A stretch of DNA of 64,000 nucleotides from Pirellulales bacterium. GTDB taxonomy: Bacteria > Planctomycetota > Planctomycetia > Pirellulales > JAICIG01. The position numbers and the translations under genes are program-made. Under the pieces are notes generated by a model that saw only the letters and a list, made by a program, of their open reading frames with translations, was not told the origin of the DNA and searched no databases. The stretch is from NCBI GenBank assembly GCA_040901675.1, contig JBBDYJ010000010.1, positions 170,599-234,598 on the forward strand, read 5' to 3'. Positions 37,949 through 47,679 of the stretch are shown piece after piece. Within the stretch, counting starts at the first letter, position 1. Each line of letters starts with the position of its first letter.

Positions 37949-39406
37949 TCAGACCCAGATATCGGACGTCGAGTCGCCGCCGGGAAAGCGCACCTCGTGT
38001 GCCCGCGCCGGCCCGCCCGGTTCGCTGCCGAAATCGACAAAAAACTTCTCGTTGGCCGACAGGCCTCCGCCGCCCGACGTCCTGCAGTCGAACTGCATCA
38101 TGTACGAGCCGGCCTCGGCCATCCGGGGATAGAACTGGTTGTCCCAGGTGCTGTACAGCGAGTTGGTCACGTACAGCCGCCGGCCGTCGAGGCTGAGCTG
38201 CAGCATCTGCGGCCCGCCGGTGAGCTCCTTTTCTTTGTGGACCGGCGGCTTGCCCAGCACGCCGCCGCACCAAACCCGGCCGGTGAGCCTGGGACGCGAC
38301 GGGTCGCTCACGTCGTACTGGCGGACGTCCCCGTGCAGCCAGTCCGAAAAGTAGAGCCAGCGGTCGTCGAGCGACAACACCAGGTCGGTAATCAGGCCGG
38401 GCACCGGGAAAGGCCACCCTTCCGCCTCCACCGGATCGACCTGGATCACTTTCTCGACCTGCCACTTTCCGCCGGCCTGGTGCCAATGCCAGATGGCGCT
38501 GGCCAGGGCCGCCCCCACAAAGCCATGGGCGCTGTCGGGATTGTGGTGGAAGCGGACCTCGAGCGGGATCAGTCCGGCCTCGCCCAGATCGGCACTGTGC
38601 ACGACCTGCCGCTTCTTCCAGTCCCAGAAGTGCAACTGCTGGCCATACTTGCCCGCCTTGACGTCGGCCAGGTCGAAACCCGCCTGGAACGTCTTGGGAG
38701 CGGCCCACTCGCTGGAGACCATGACATTATGCCTGGGCTGGTACCAAAAGTCGTAGTTGAAGCGGCGGCTGCCGTTGGCGGCGGGCTGGTCCGACTCCCA
38801 GCGGCCGGCGATCTCGAACTGCTGGTCGAGTAGCAGGAATCCGCCGGGGCCGTTGCCCTGGGCATCGCCGAGCATCGAGAGCATGATCCGGCCATCGGGC
38901 AGGCAATGGACCGTGTGCGGAGCGGACAAATTGACCGATCGGGCAATCGACTCCGGCTCGATGACCTTGTACATCGTGGGCGATCGCGGGTTGGCGGCAT
39001 CGAGCACGTGGATTCGCCCGCTCTTCAAGCCCGGCACGATCAAGTAGCGCCGCGACTTGTCCGGGTCAGCATGGCAGCTACTGCACGCGTTCCAGCCGAA
39101 GTGGTGCAGCTCGTCGCCCGCCTTGGGCATCGCCGCCCGGTGAACCACCTGGCAATAGCTTCGGGACGCAGGATCGACGTCCACCGTGGCCAGGTAATCG
39201 GGCTTGTCGGCCTGGGTATGGATGGTGGTGACGTAGGCCAGCGTCTCACGCTCGGCCTGCATCGCCTCCGCGGGCGAGGCGTACGTGGCGCCGCAGCAGG
39301 CTGCCTTATCGTCCGCCCCACTGGCGTTCTCAGCCGCCCCGGCCGTAAGCCAGGAAGAACCAACCGCCGCCGCTGTGCCGGCAAGAAACTCTCGTCGTCC
39401 AATCAT
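37949..39406 (-). CDS. Selenium-binding protein SBP56 family (methanethiol oxidase-like), Tat-like leader
   Basis: DELHHFGWNACSSC, YDFWYQPRHNVMVSSEW, GGPQMLQLSLDGRRLYVTNSL, HEVRFPGGDSTSDIW; GRREFL leader. Confidence 0.93.
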   Translation of the reverse strand: MIGRREFLAGTAAAVGSSWLTAGAAENASGADDKAACCGATYASPAEAMQAERETLAYVTTIHTQADKPDYLATVDVDPASRSYCQVVHRAAMPKAGDELHHFGWNACSSCHADPDKSRRYLIVPGLKSGRIHVLDAANPRSPTMYKVIEPESIARSVNLSAPHTVHCLPDGRIMLSMLGDAQGNGPGGFLLLDQQFEIAGRWESDQPAANGSRRFNYDFWYQPRHNVMVSSEWAAPKTFQAGFDLADVKAGKYGQQLHFWDWKKRQVVHSADLGEAGLIPLEVRFHHNPDSAHGFVGAALASAIWHWHQAGGKWQVEKVIQVDPVEAEGWPFPVPGLITDLVLSLDDRWLYFSDWLHGDVRQYDVSDPSRPRLTGRVWCGGVLGKPPVHKEKELTGGPQMLQLSLDGRRLYVTNSLYSTWDNQFYPRMAEAGSYMMQFDCRTSGGGGLSANEKFFVDFGSEPGGPARAHEVRFPGGDSTSDIWV

Positions 39407-39642
39407 GGCTGCCTCGTCCGATTCGCGTGTTGTCCTGTATGGTGCTGAAACTACCCTCGACGATGCCCCAAGGTTTCGGGCCGATTGAATTTACTCTTTT
39501 TGCCGGGCGAATTGCACCCATTTTCGCCGCTGGCCCGGCCGTTTTTTCCATTTTCGCTGGGTTATGCACTGCTTGAGTTTTCCATAAACCGCCCGCAGAA
39601 TAGCCCGGCTCCACGTGCCGCTGGCGGCGCGGCAACTGCATT

Positions 39643-39728
39643 CTGGGGCACGCTAACGCTTTGCCCCAGCCACCCGGCCGGGCTCAAAGTACAACGAGCA
39701 AAGCACAAAGTACCAAGATCTAAGCACT
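39643..39728. repeat. REP-like hairpin followed by a degenerate heptamer repeat
   Basis: ctggggcacgctaacgctttgccccagccacccg identical to copies at the window start, then caaagta/caacgag/caaagca/caaagta/ccaagat/ctaagca. Confidence 0.8.
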
Positions 39729-39731
39729 CCC

Positions 39732-40646
39732 ATGCCCTACGTTCTGTTCGTTCTGATCGCGGTCATCTGGGGCGCCAGTTTCATCCTGATGAAGAAGGCG
39801 GCCCTCTCGTTTACGCCCGTGACGATCGGCGCCTGGCGGCTGATCGGCGGGGCGGCCGTGTTGGGGCTTGCCTGGTGGCTGACCCGGATGCGACCCGGCT
39901 GGCGGAAAGCGGACGCGTGGCCGCTCGTGTTCGTGGCCCTGGTCGGCAACGCATTTCCGTACGCCTTGCAGCCCTACCTTGTCGCCTCGTACGGCAGCGC
40001 GTTCATCGGCATGACCATCAGTTTCGTGCCGGTGCTGACGATCCTGGTATCGGTGCCGCTGCTGGGTGTCTACCCGAGCAAGAGACAACTGGCGGGCGTG
40101 GCGGGCGCGCTTGTCTGCATGGCCGCGTTGATGGCCGACGGCCTCCAGCGGCGCGTCCCGCCAGCAGACCTGCTGCTGGCCGCGACGGTGCCGCTGGGCT
40201 ACGCGCTGGCCAACACGGTGGTCCGCCGCCACCTGCGGCACGTCCCCTCGTTGGCGTTGTCGTTCACTTCGCTGGCCTTGGCGGCCGCCGTGCTGTTGCC
40301 GCTTGCCTGGTCGCTGCCCGGCGAAGGACTCTCGGCCAACGAGTCACTGCCCTTGGCCATCGGCTGCCTGGCGATTCTCGGCGTGGTGGGCACCGGGTTG
40401 GCGATGGTGATGTTCAACCGCTTGATTCAGAGCGAGGGCCCCTTGTTCGCCGGCATGGTGACCTACCTGGTGCCGATCGGCGCCGTGATCTGGGGCTGGC
40501 TCGACCGCGAGCCGGTCAGCCTCGTCCAGTTGGCCGCCCTGGCCGGCATTCTCGTCATGGTCGCGCTGGCACAGTCCGGCGCCGCCCGAGCGGCCAGAGG
40601 GGAAGCCGGAATCGAGGACGGTGTGCCGGAAGCAACACCGCTGTAG
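39732..40646 (+). CDS. DMT/EamA family transporter
   Basis: IWGASFILMK, about 10 TM segments, GTGLA...GP..A..VTYLVP. Confidence 0.92.
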   Translation: MPYVLFVLIAVIWGASFILMKKAALSFTPVTIGAWRLIGGAAVLGLAWWLTRMRPGWRKADAWPLVFVALVGNAFPYALQPYLVASYGSAFIGMTISFVPVLTILVSVPLLGVYPSKRQLAGVAGALVCMAALMADGLQRRVPPADLLLAATVPLGYALANTVVRRHLRHVPSLALSFTSLALAAAVLLPLAWSLPGEGLSANESLPLAIGCLAILGVVGTGLAMVMFNRLIQSEGPLFAGMVTYLVPIGAVIWGWLDREPVSLVQLAALAGILVMVALAQSGAARAARGEAGIEDGVPEATPL

Positions 40647-40666
40647 AAGAGGTAGTTTGTCCGAGG

Positions 40667-40687
40667 GGTGTCGAGTAAATGGCTCAT
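40667..40687 (-). pseudogene. 5' stub of a PIN/VapC toxin gene
   Basis: MSHLLDT start overlapping the upstream stop (ATGA); PIN-like sequence ends after 7 codons and the frame runs antisense into the EamA gene. Confidence 0.5.
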
Positions 40688-40941
40688 TCGAGCATCTCTC
40701 GACGAGTATCCAACTTTCGGTCTTGACGGATCCGCTCGATAATCGCATCGTCTTCTTCGGTCCAGTGATCGGCCATCATTCCGGCAGCCGTCTGCGTGCT
40801 TCCGGGTTTCCAGCCGGGCGGCGGTCCGGGCAACTGCCTCACTCGAACGATTACTTCCACCTTGCGACCCTCTTCGATACCCGGGTCGCTCTCAAGCTCG
40901 ATGGTCCGGCCGTGGATGACACCTTGCATGACTTTGTTCAT
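40684..40941 (-). CDS. Small putative antitoxin
   Basis: 85 aa; GVIHGRTIEL..DPGI.EG..VEV beta-rich N-terminus, C-terminal EEDDAIIERIRQDR; CAGGA RBS. Confidence 0.65.
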   Translation of the reverse strand: MNKVMQGVIHGRTIELESDPGIEEGRKVEVIVRVRQLPGPPPGWKPGSTQTAAGMMADHWTEEDDAIIERIRQDRKLDTRREMLE

Positions 40942-41180
40942 TGCCTGCGTTCCTGATGAATAATCCTTGGGCCTTCCTGATCATACTCCTTCACTCTCCC
41001 AAGATCGACATCGTCACGCCTTCTCGTTCGCCTCAAAGGGGGCCTGTCCGCCGAAAAACCACGCGGCGCGGCGGCCCTGTGACCCGCCGGCTGCGTTGAG
41101 CAACCGGACGTTTGCGGCTAGGATAGGCATACGGATCTTCCCGCCCCGCCAGACACGCGCCGCCAAGCCAGGGTTCGACC

Positions 41181-44100
41181 ATGCCCCGCCGCCTGACCCA
41201 CCTTCTGCGCGGTCTGCCAGCCGCATGGCTGGCGGCGGCTCTCGTCTGGGCGGTAGCCGCGCCGGCACGGGCCGACGAGCCACCGGGCCGGCCGTCGCCC
41301 GAGGCAGAGGCCGAGCGGGCCGAGCAGATCGCCTGGTTCGAGCGGAACATCCGGCCGCTGCTGATCGCCAACTGCCACAAGTGCCACGGCCCGGATGAAC
41401 AAAAGGGAGGGCTGCGGCTCGATTCGCGGGCCGCGGTTCTGGCCGGCGGCGATTCGGGACCGGCCGTCGTTCCTGGCCGGCCGGACGAAGGGTACCTGTT
41501 CGGGGCCGTCTCGTACGGCGACGTCTACCAGATGCCGCCGACGGGCAAGCTGCCGGACGAGGCGATCGAGCTGGTGCGGCGCTGGATTGAGATCGGCGCG
41601 CCGTGGCCCGACGAAGGCGACCAACCGGACAACGAGATCACCGCGGGCGGCTTTGACCTGGCAGAGCGGGCGCGCCACTGGTCGTTCCAGCCGCTGGTCC
41701 ACCACGCGCCGCCGCAGGCCGATGGCGACGATGGCGGTTGGGTCACCAGCCCGGTCGACCGTTTTATTCTGGCTCGGCTGGAGCAGGCAGGCCTTGCACC
41801 GGCCCGGCCGGCCGACAAGCGCACCTTGCTGCGGCGCGTGACGTACGACTTGACGGGTCTGCCGCCCACACCTGCCGAGCTCGATGCTTTCCTGGCGGAT
41901 GCGTCCGACGAGGCGTTCAGCCGCGCCGTGGACCGCTTGTTGGCGTCGCCCGCTTACGCCGAGCGTTGGGCCCGGCACTGGCTCGACCTGGTCCGCTATG
42001 CCGAAACGGCCGGGCACGAGTTCGATTTCGACCTGCCCGACGCCTACCGCTACCGGGATTACGTGATCCGGGCCTTCCACGAAGATCTGCCCTATGACCA
42101 GTTCGTGATCGAGCACGTGGCCGGCGACCTGCTCGAGCAGCCGCGCCGGCACGCCACCGAAAGATTCAACGAGTCGATTATCGCCACCGGGTTCTTCTTT
42201 CTGGGCGAGTCGAAGCACGCTCCGGTCGACGTCCGCGAAGACGAGGCGGCCCGCATCGACAACCAGATCGACGTGTTTTCCAAGACCTTCCTGGGGCTGG
42301 GCGTCAGTTGCGCCCGCTGCCACGACCACAAGTTCGACGCCATCTCGACCAAAGACTACTACGCGCTGGCCGGCTACTTGCAGAGCTCGCGGCCTCAGCA
42401 GGCCTTCATCGACGATCCGGCCCTGATCATTCAAGCCGTGGAGCAACTGCAAGCGCTCGACGATCGCAATGCGGACGTTCTGGCGAAAGCCGTCTCGCGC
42501 CGCCTGTCCCGCGGCATCGAAGCCGCCGGTGAACTCTTGTCCGCCTCGTTGAGTAGCCCTCATCCCGGCGCGCCGGGACGTGAGGCAACTGCATCGTCGC
42601 TGTCCGCGGCCAGCGAAACCGGCAGCCCGGCGGCGCCCAATAGCGGGCGGGCCATTCTCGACGAAGCGGCCTCGCGTCCCGCACACTTATTGCACCCCTG
42701 GGCCGTGTTGAGCAGGCTGGCGGATGCATCGCCCCAGCAATTCAGCCAGGCGCGCGAAGACCTGGTGGCCCGATTGCGGGGGTTGCGGGCCGCCGGCGAT
42801 CAATTGCCGGCCGGCGCAATCGTGTTTGCCGACTTCGACCAGGCGAGCTATGAAGATTGGGTTGTCACGGGGCAGGCCTTTGCGGCCAGGCGCACCGCGA
42901 TCCTGTCTCCTCGCCTCTTCAGCCGGCCGGAGGGGATAGCGATTCGCTTCATCGAGCCGGGCATGGCGCACAGCGGCCGATTGGCCGGCAAGCTCGAAGG
43001 TGTATTGCGGTCGCCGACGTTTACGATCGAGAAAAGCCACGTCTGGTACCGCATGGTGGGCCGGCAGGCACGAGTCAACCTGATCATCGATGGCTTCCAG
43101 CGGATCATGCCTCCGATCTACGGCGGGTTGACGATCGCACTGGACGGCGACGAGTCGGCCTGGCATGCCATGGACGTCAGCATGTGGCTGGACCATCGCG
43201 CCTACGTCGAGGTCCAAGACCTGGGAGAAGGATATGCGGCTCTCGATAGGGTTGTGTTTGCTGACGGCACGCCGCCCGGCGACAGCCCTAATGCGCTCAT
43301 CGTGTCGATGCTCGAAGACACGGGCCTGACGTCGCCCGATGCACTGGCCGGCACCTACGTGGCGCTTTTTGGCGAGTCGGTGCGCCGCTGGACTTCGGGC
43401 GAGGCCCGGTCGCAGGCCTTTGCCGAAGCAAGCCAGCATGCCGCCGTATGGAACTTGTTGCTCGAGCTCGGCCAGGCAGAGCTCGATGATCCGGCTGCCG
43501 TTGCCGAGGACGACGAGAGCACCAGAGCGCTGGCCGCCTATGCCCGCGAGCGGGCCGAGTTGGAGGCGGCCATCCCCGTTTCGCGGCGTGCCTTGGCCAT
43601 GGCCGACGGCACCGGCGAGAACGAGCGGGTCTTCATCCGCGGCAACCACGGAACGCTGGGTGAGGAAGTGCCGCGCCGCTTTCTCGAAGCATTGGGCGGC
43701 CACGAGCAACCGCCGCCCAATGGCAGCGGCCGTTTGGAGTTGGCGCGGCGGATGGTCGACCCGAACAAGAATCCCCTTTTGCCCAGGGTGATCGTCAACC
43801 GGCTCTGGAAACACCATTTCGGCCTGGGCCTGGTGGCCACGCCCGACGATTTTGGCCGCATGGGTCAGGAGCCCTCGCACCCCGAGCTGCTGGACTGGCT
43901 GGCCGCCGAGCTGGTCAGCAATAACTGGTCGCTGAAGAAGCTGCACCGGCTGATGCTGCTCTCCAGCACGTACCAGATGTCGAGCATGCCCGAGGCCGGC
44001 TCGATCGGTGCCGACCCGGCCAACCGCTTGCTGCACTCGATGCGCGTCCGGCGGTTGGAGGCGGAGGCGGTCCGCGACGCGATGCTGGCCGTTTCCGGCC

Positions 44101-44597
44101 GCTTGGACCGGTCGCTCTACGGGCCCAGCGTCGCACCGCACTTGACGCCATTCATGAGCGGCCGGGGCCGGCCGGACGAGTCGGGGCCGATCGACGGCGC
44201 GGGGCGCCGCAGCATCTACATCAATCTCCGCCGCAACTTTTTGCCCCCGATGTTTTTGGCCTTCGATTTTCCGCAGCCCTTTACCACAATCGGCCGCCGC
44301 AGCACGTCGAACGTGCCCGCCCAGGCCTTGTGCTTGTTGAACAACCCCTTCGTCGTCGAGCAGGCGGCCGCCTGGGCCCAGCGCGTGATTGCGGAATCCG
44401 CCGACCCGGCCGACCGTATTTCCAGGATGTACCAGCAGGCTTTTGGCCGGTTGCCCGATGAAGCGGAGATCGACTTGACCCGGTCGTTCGTCGACGAGCA
44501 GTCGCGGCGATACGGCGACGATGGCGCCGGGCAAAAAGCCTGGAGCGACTTGGCCCACGTGCTATTCAACGCCAAAGAATTTATCTTTATCGAGTAG
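41181..44597 (+). CDS. Planctomycete cytochrome c + DUF1549 + DUF1553 protein
   Basis: IRPLLIANCHKCHG, WARHWLDLVRYAET, CARCHDHKFD, HPELLDWLA, VPAQAL. Confidence 0.92.
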   Translation: MPRRLTHLLRGLPAAWLAAALVWAVAAPARADEPPGRPSPEAEAERAEQIAWFERNIRPLLIANCHKCHGPDEQKGGLRLDSRAAVLAGGDSGPAVVPGRPDEGYLFGAVSYGDVYQMPPTGKLPDEAIELVRRWIEIGAPWPDEGDQPDNEITAGGFDLAERARHWSFQPLVHHAPPQADGDDGGWVTSPVDRFILARLEQAGLAPARPADKRTLLRRVTYDLTGLPPTPAELDAFLADASDEAFSRAVDRLLASPAYAERWARHWLDLVRYAETAGHEFDFDLPDAYRYRDYVIRAFHEDLPYDQFVIEHVAGDLLEQPRRHATERFNESIIATGFFFLGESKHAPVDVREDEAARIDNQIDVFSKTFLGLGVSCARCHDHKFDAISTKDYYALAGYLQSSRPQQAFIDDPALIIQAVEQLQALDDRNADVLAKAVSRRLSRGIEAAGELLSASLSSPHPGAPGREATASSLSAASETGSPAAPNSGRAILDEAASRPAHLLHPWAVLSRLADASPQQFSQAREDLVARLRGLRAAGDQLPAGAIVFADFDQASYEDWVVTGQAFAARRTAILSPRLFSRPEGIAIRFIEPGMAHSGRLAGKLEGVLRSPTFTIEKSHVWYRMVGRQARVNLIIDGFQRIMPPIYGGLTIALDGDESAWHAMDVSMWLDHRAYVEVQDLGEGYAALDRVVFADGTPPGDSPNALIVSMLEDTGLTSPDALAGTYVALFGESVRRWTSGEARSQAFAEASQHAAVWNLLLELGQAELDDPAAVAEDDESTRALAAYARERAELEAAIPVSRRALAMADGTGENERVFIRGNHGTLGEEVPRRFLEALGGHEQPPPNGSGRLELARRMVDPNKNPLLPRVIVNRLWKHHFGLGLVATPDDFGRMGQEPSHPELLDWLAAELVSNNWSLKKLHRLMLLSSTYQMSSMPEAGSIGADPANRLLHSMRVRRLEAEAVRDAMLAVSGRLDRSLYGPSVAPHLTPFMSGRGRPDESGPIDGAGRRSIYINLRRNFLPPMFLAFDFPQPFTTIGRRSTSNVPAQALCLLNNPFVVEQAAAWAQRVIAESADPADRISRMYQQAFGRLPDEAEIDLTRSFVDEQSRRYGDDGAGQKAWSDLAHVLFNAKEFIFIE

Positions 44598-44634
44598 AGC
44601 CGGCCTAACGCCCATGATGTTGGATTGACCCCGG

Positions 44635-46050
44635 ATGCACTGCCGCAACTTTATTGCTCCGCCCTTGTCGCGCCGCCAGATGCTGGCCCGCTGCGCCAAC
44701 GGCTTCGGCGCGGTGGCGCTGGCCGCCCTGGCCCAGCCGCCCGCATCGGGTGCGGCCGCGGAAGCGGGTCCGTTTGCTCCCCGGCCGGCCCATTTCGCGG
44801 CACGAGCCAGGCAGGTGATTTTCCTGTTCATGGACGGCGGGCCCAGCCAGGTCGACAGCTTCGATCCCAAGCCGCGGTTGGCCAAAGAGCACGGCCAGCC
44901 GATCAAGATGAAGACGCCCCCCACGCAGTTCAACAACGTGGGCACCGTGATGCAGAGTCCCTGGGCGTTCCGCCAGCACGGCCAGAGCGGCATCCCGGTC
45001 AGCGACCTGTTCCCGCACGTGGCGACGTGCGTGGACGACATGGCGGTGGTGCGCTCGATGGTGGCCGATTTTTCGGAGCACACCAACGCCAACTACTTCC
45101 TGCACTCGGGGCACGGCCAGCAGGGGCGTCCCAGCATGGGTTCGTGGGTCACGTATGGCTTGGGCAGCGAGTGCCAGGAGCTGCCCGGTTTCGTCGTGCT
45201 CGACAGCGGCATGATCCCGCCCGGCGGACTCGACTGTTTCAACAATGGTTTTCTGCCTGCCACGTACCAGGGCTCGATGTTCCAGCGCGGCGCCGGCGCC
45301 GTGGCCGACGTGGCTCCCAGCGAGCCGAGCCGCGACTTGCAGGATGCCAAGCTCGCGCTGTTGGGCCGGCTCGACCAGCGGCTGCTGGGGCGGCGCGGCG
45401 ACGACGCCCTCGAGTCGGCCATTGCCAACTACGAGCTGGCGGCCCGCATGCAGACGGCGGTGCCGAACCTGGTCGACCTGAGCGGCGAATCGCGGGCCAC
45501 TCGTGCCTTGTACGGCCTGGACGACGCGGCCACGGAGCTGTTCGGCGGGCAGTGCCTGCTGGCTCGGCGGCTGGTGGAGCGCGGGGTGCGGTTCGTCGAG
45601 GTGCTCTGCCCCAAGGTCCCCGGCGACCGGTGGGACCAGCACTCCGCGCTGAAGGAAGGGCACGAGAACAACGCCCGCGCCACCGACAAGCCTGTGGCAG
45701 GGTTGCTGAAGGACCTCAAGGCGCGTGGTCTTTTGGAAGAGACGCTTGTCGTCTGGGCCGGCGAGTTCGGCCGCACGCCGATGGCCCAGGGGAGCGACGG
45801 CCGCGACCACAACCCATTCGGCTTCAGCATCTGGCTGGCCGGCGGCGGCGTGAAGGGTGGCACGATTTACGGCGCCACCGACGACTACGGCTATTTTGCG
45901 ATCGAGAACAAGGTCCACATGCACGACCTGCACGCCACGATCTTGCACCTGTTGGGTCTCGACCACACCCGGCTCACCTACCGTTTCAGCGGCCGCGACA
46001 TGCGTCTGACCGACGTCCACGGCGAGATCGTCCGCGGCATTTTGGCGTAG
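44635..46050 (+). CDS. DUF1501 family protein with Tat motif
   Basis: SRRQML, MDGGPSQVDSFDPKP, CLLARRLVERGVRF, GEFGRTP, GRDHN. Confidence 0.93.
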   Translation: MHCRNFIAPPLSRRQMLARCANGFGAVALAALAQPPASGAAAEAGPFAPRPAHFAARARQVIFLFMDGGPSQVDSFDPKPRLAKEHGQPIKMKTPPTQFNNVGTVMQSPWAFRQHGQSGIPVSDLFPHVATCVDDMAVVRSMVADFSEHTNANYFLHSGHGQQGRPSMGSWVTYGLGSECQELPGFVVLDSGMIPPGGLDCFNNGFLPATYQGSMFQRGAGAVADVAPSEPSRDLQDAKLALLGRLDQRLLGRRGDDALESAIANYELAARMQTAVPNLVDLSGESRATRALYGLDDAATELFGGQCLLARRLVERGVRFVEVLCPKVPGDRWDQHSALKEGHENNARATDKPVAGLLKDLKARGLLEETLVVWAGEFGRTPMAQGSDGRDHNPFGFSIWLAGGGVKGGTIYGATDDYGYFAIENKVHMHDLHATILHLLGLDHTRLTYRFSGRDMRLTDVHGEIVRGILA

Positions 46051-46218
46051 CGGGTCAGCGGCATTCTCGGCCGCCTTTGCTCGTAGACGACTGTCCGCAC
46101 GGGGACGTGCCCAAGTGCCTGGAAATCCTTCCGAGTCACGGGCCCCATGTCAGTCCGAGTTACTCCAAGTCAGAAGCACCAGGATGACTATTTTGAAGTG
46201 GAGAAATTTATCACTGGA

Positions 46219-46252
46219 AATACAGCACTAACGACGATATAATTTCTGTATT
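46219..46252 (+). promoter_or_regulatory. -10 box (TATAAT, 46238-46243) flanked by an inverted repeat
   Basis: aatacag (46219-46225) and ctgtatt (46246-46252) in an AT-rich stretch upstream of the XRE gene. Confidence 0.5.
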
Positions 46253-46282
46253 CAAGAACTAGGCACCGGTTGGGTTCGGTAC

Positions 46283-47392
46283 ATGGACCTTTCTGAAAAG
46301 CTGAGAATGACGCGGACGGCGCTCAGGCTGACGCTGGAAGCGGTCAGCCAGCGGTCGGGCATCGGCGTTTCCACGCTGTCCGAGTTCGAGAACGGGCGGC
46401 GGGAGCCACGCCTGGCCCAACTCAAGCGACTGGCCGATGCCTACCACCGCACGCTGGCCTTCTTCCTCGAAGACCAGCCGCAGCCGTCGGAGTGCGTCCT
46501 CTGGCGACAGCGCCCGGGGTCGCCGAGCGCCGAGGAGCTGCAGGCTACGCTGCTTGATCTGGCTGAGAAGTACCACGCCCTGGAGGCGCTCTGCCAGCAG
46601 CAAACGGTCTTCGAGCTGCCGTCGGTGTCGGCCGCCGCCGAGCGGTTCGACTACCCGGCTGCCGCCGCTCTCGCCCGCCGAGTGCGGAACGAGCTCGGTT
46701 TGGGCGACCGGCCAGGACAATCGCTTCTGAGAGTGCTCGAAGAGGTCTCGAACGTCCGGGTATTCCATCTCGATTTCGAGCCCAGCGGAAGTGCCGCTTG
46801 CACGGTTTCAGAGCGGTTCGGAGCGGCCATCCTTCTCAACTCGAAGAACGTCCGTTGGCGACGAAACTTCGACCTCGCCCACGAGCTATTCCATCTGCTC
46901 ACGTGGAAGGTGTTCCGTCAGCAGGGCGCCCAACAAGCGGAGACGCCCTCGGAGCACGAAGAGAAACTGGCCACCTGCTTCGCCCGCAACCTGTTGATGC
47001 CCGAAGAGGTCTTCCGAGAAGCGGTCGATACACATCGGGCCGGAACGGGCACGCTCGGCTTTGACGGGCTGTTTGAAGTCGCCAGGGAGTTCGATGTGTC
47101 GGTCGAGGCGGTTGTGTGGCAGCTCGGCTTCGTTTACAACATCCGGCCCGAGAAGCTCCAGCCGACCATGGCGGCGCTGCGGGAGCAGATCAACTCTTGG
47201 GATGTGCGCGGGAAGGACACGCCGCCTCGCAGGCCGCTTCGATTCGAGGCGCTCGCTCGACAAGCCCTTCGAAAGGGGCTGCTCTCGACTGGAAAGTACG
47301 CCGAATACGTCGGCATCACGCGGCGGGAGGCCATGAGGCTCGTCGAGCAGGAAGCCACTGAAGATGTCCAGATTGAGGTTGCTCATCCTTGA
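46283..47392 (+). CDS. XRE-family HTH + ImmA/IrrE (DUF955) metallopeptidase protein
   Basis: HTH LTLEAVSQRSGIGVSTLSEFENGRREP; RRNFDLAHELFHLL (HExxH); EKLATCFARNLLMP. Confidence 0.92.
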   Translation: MDLSEKLRMTRTALRLTLEAVSQRSGIGVSTLSEFENGRREPRLAQLKRLADAYHRTLAFFLEDQPQPSECVLWRQRPGSPSAEELQATLLDLAEKYHALEALCQQQTVFELPSVSAAAERFDYPAAAALARRVRNELGLGDRPGQSLLRVLEEVSNVRVFHLDFEPSGSAACTVSERFGAAILLNSKNVRWRRNFDLAHELFHLLTWKVFRQQGAQQAETPSEHEEKLATCFARNLLMPEEVFREAVDTHRAGTGTLGFDGLFEVAREFDVSVEAVVWQLGFVYNIRPEKLQPTMAALREQINSWDVRGKDTPPRRPLRFEALARQALRKGLLSTGKYAEYVGITRREAMRLVEQEATEDVQIEVAHP

Positions 47393-47619
47393 CGCCAACG
47401 CGAGAGCAATTCGTGATCTCTTCCGGTGACGCCATCGTGTACCGCGTGCTTGGGCGGCTCAATCGCAGCGACCAAGGCACCTCGCTTGAAGAGATTCTGA
47501 GGCAAGTCGGTCTCCAGCGTGGTCAGCTTCCCTGGTCGTGCACGAAGACCTTCCGAGAGCGGTACACAAAGGAAGGCGAGGTAGATGCCATCCAGGGAAC
47601 CGGCCTCAAGAAGAAGTGA
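47364..47619 (+). pseudogene. Internally deleted, frameshifted PIN-like partner gene
   Basis: Frame A gives MSRLRLLILDAN (PIN-like start, overlaps the XRE gene end) and stops after 21 codons; frame B gives EQFVISSGDAIVYRVLGRLNRSDQGTSLEEIL...KKK*. Confidence 0.55.
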
Positions 47620-47679
47620 CCGCACCCGCTTCGCGTGCGGTTCGTCGAGGTGGGGTCCTCACGCAAAAGAACCGTCCGC

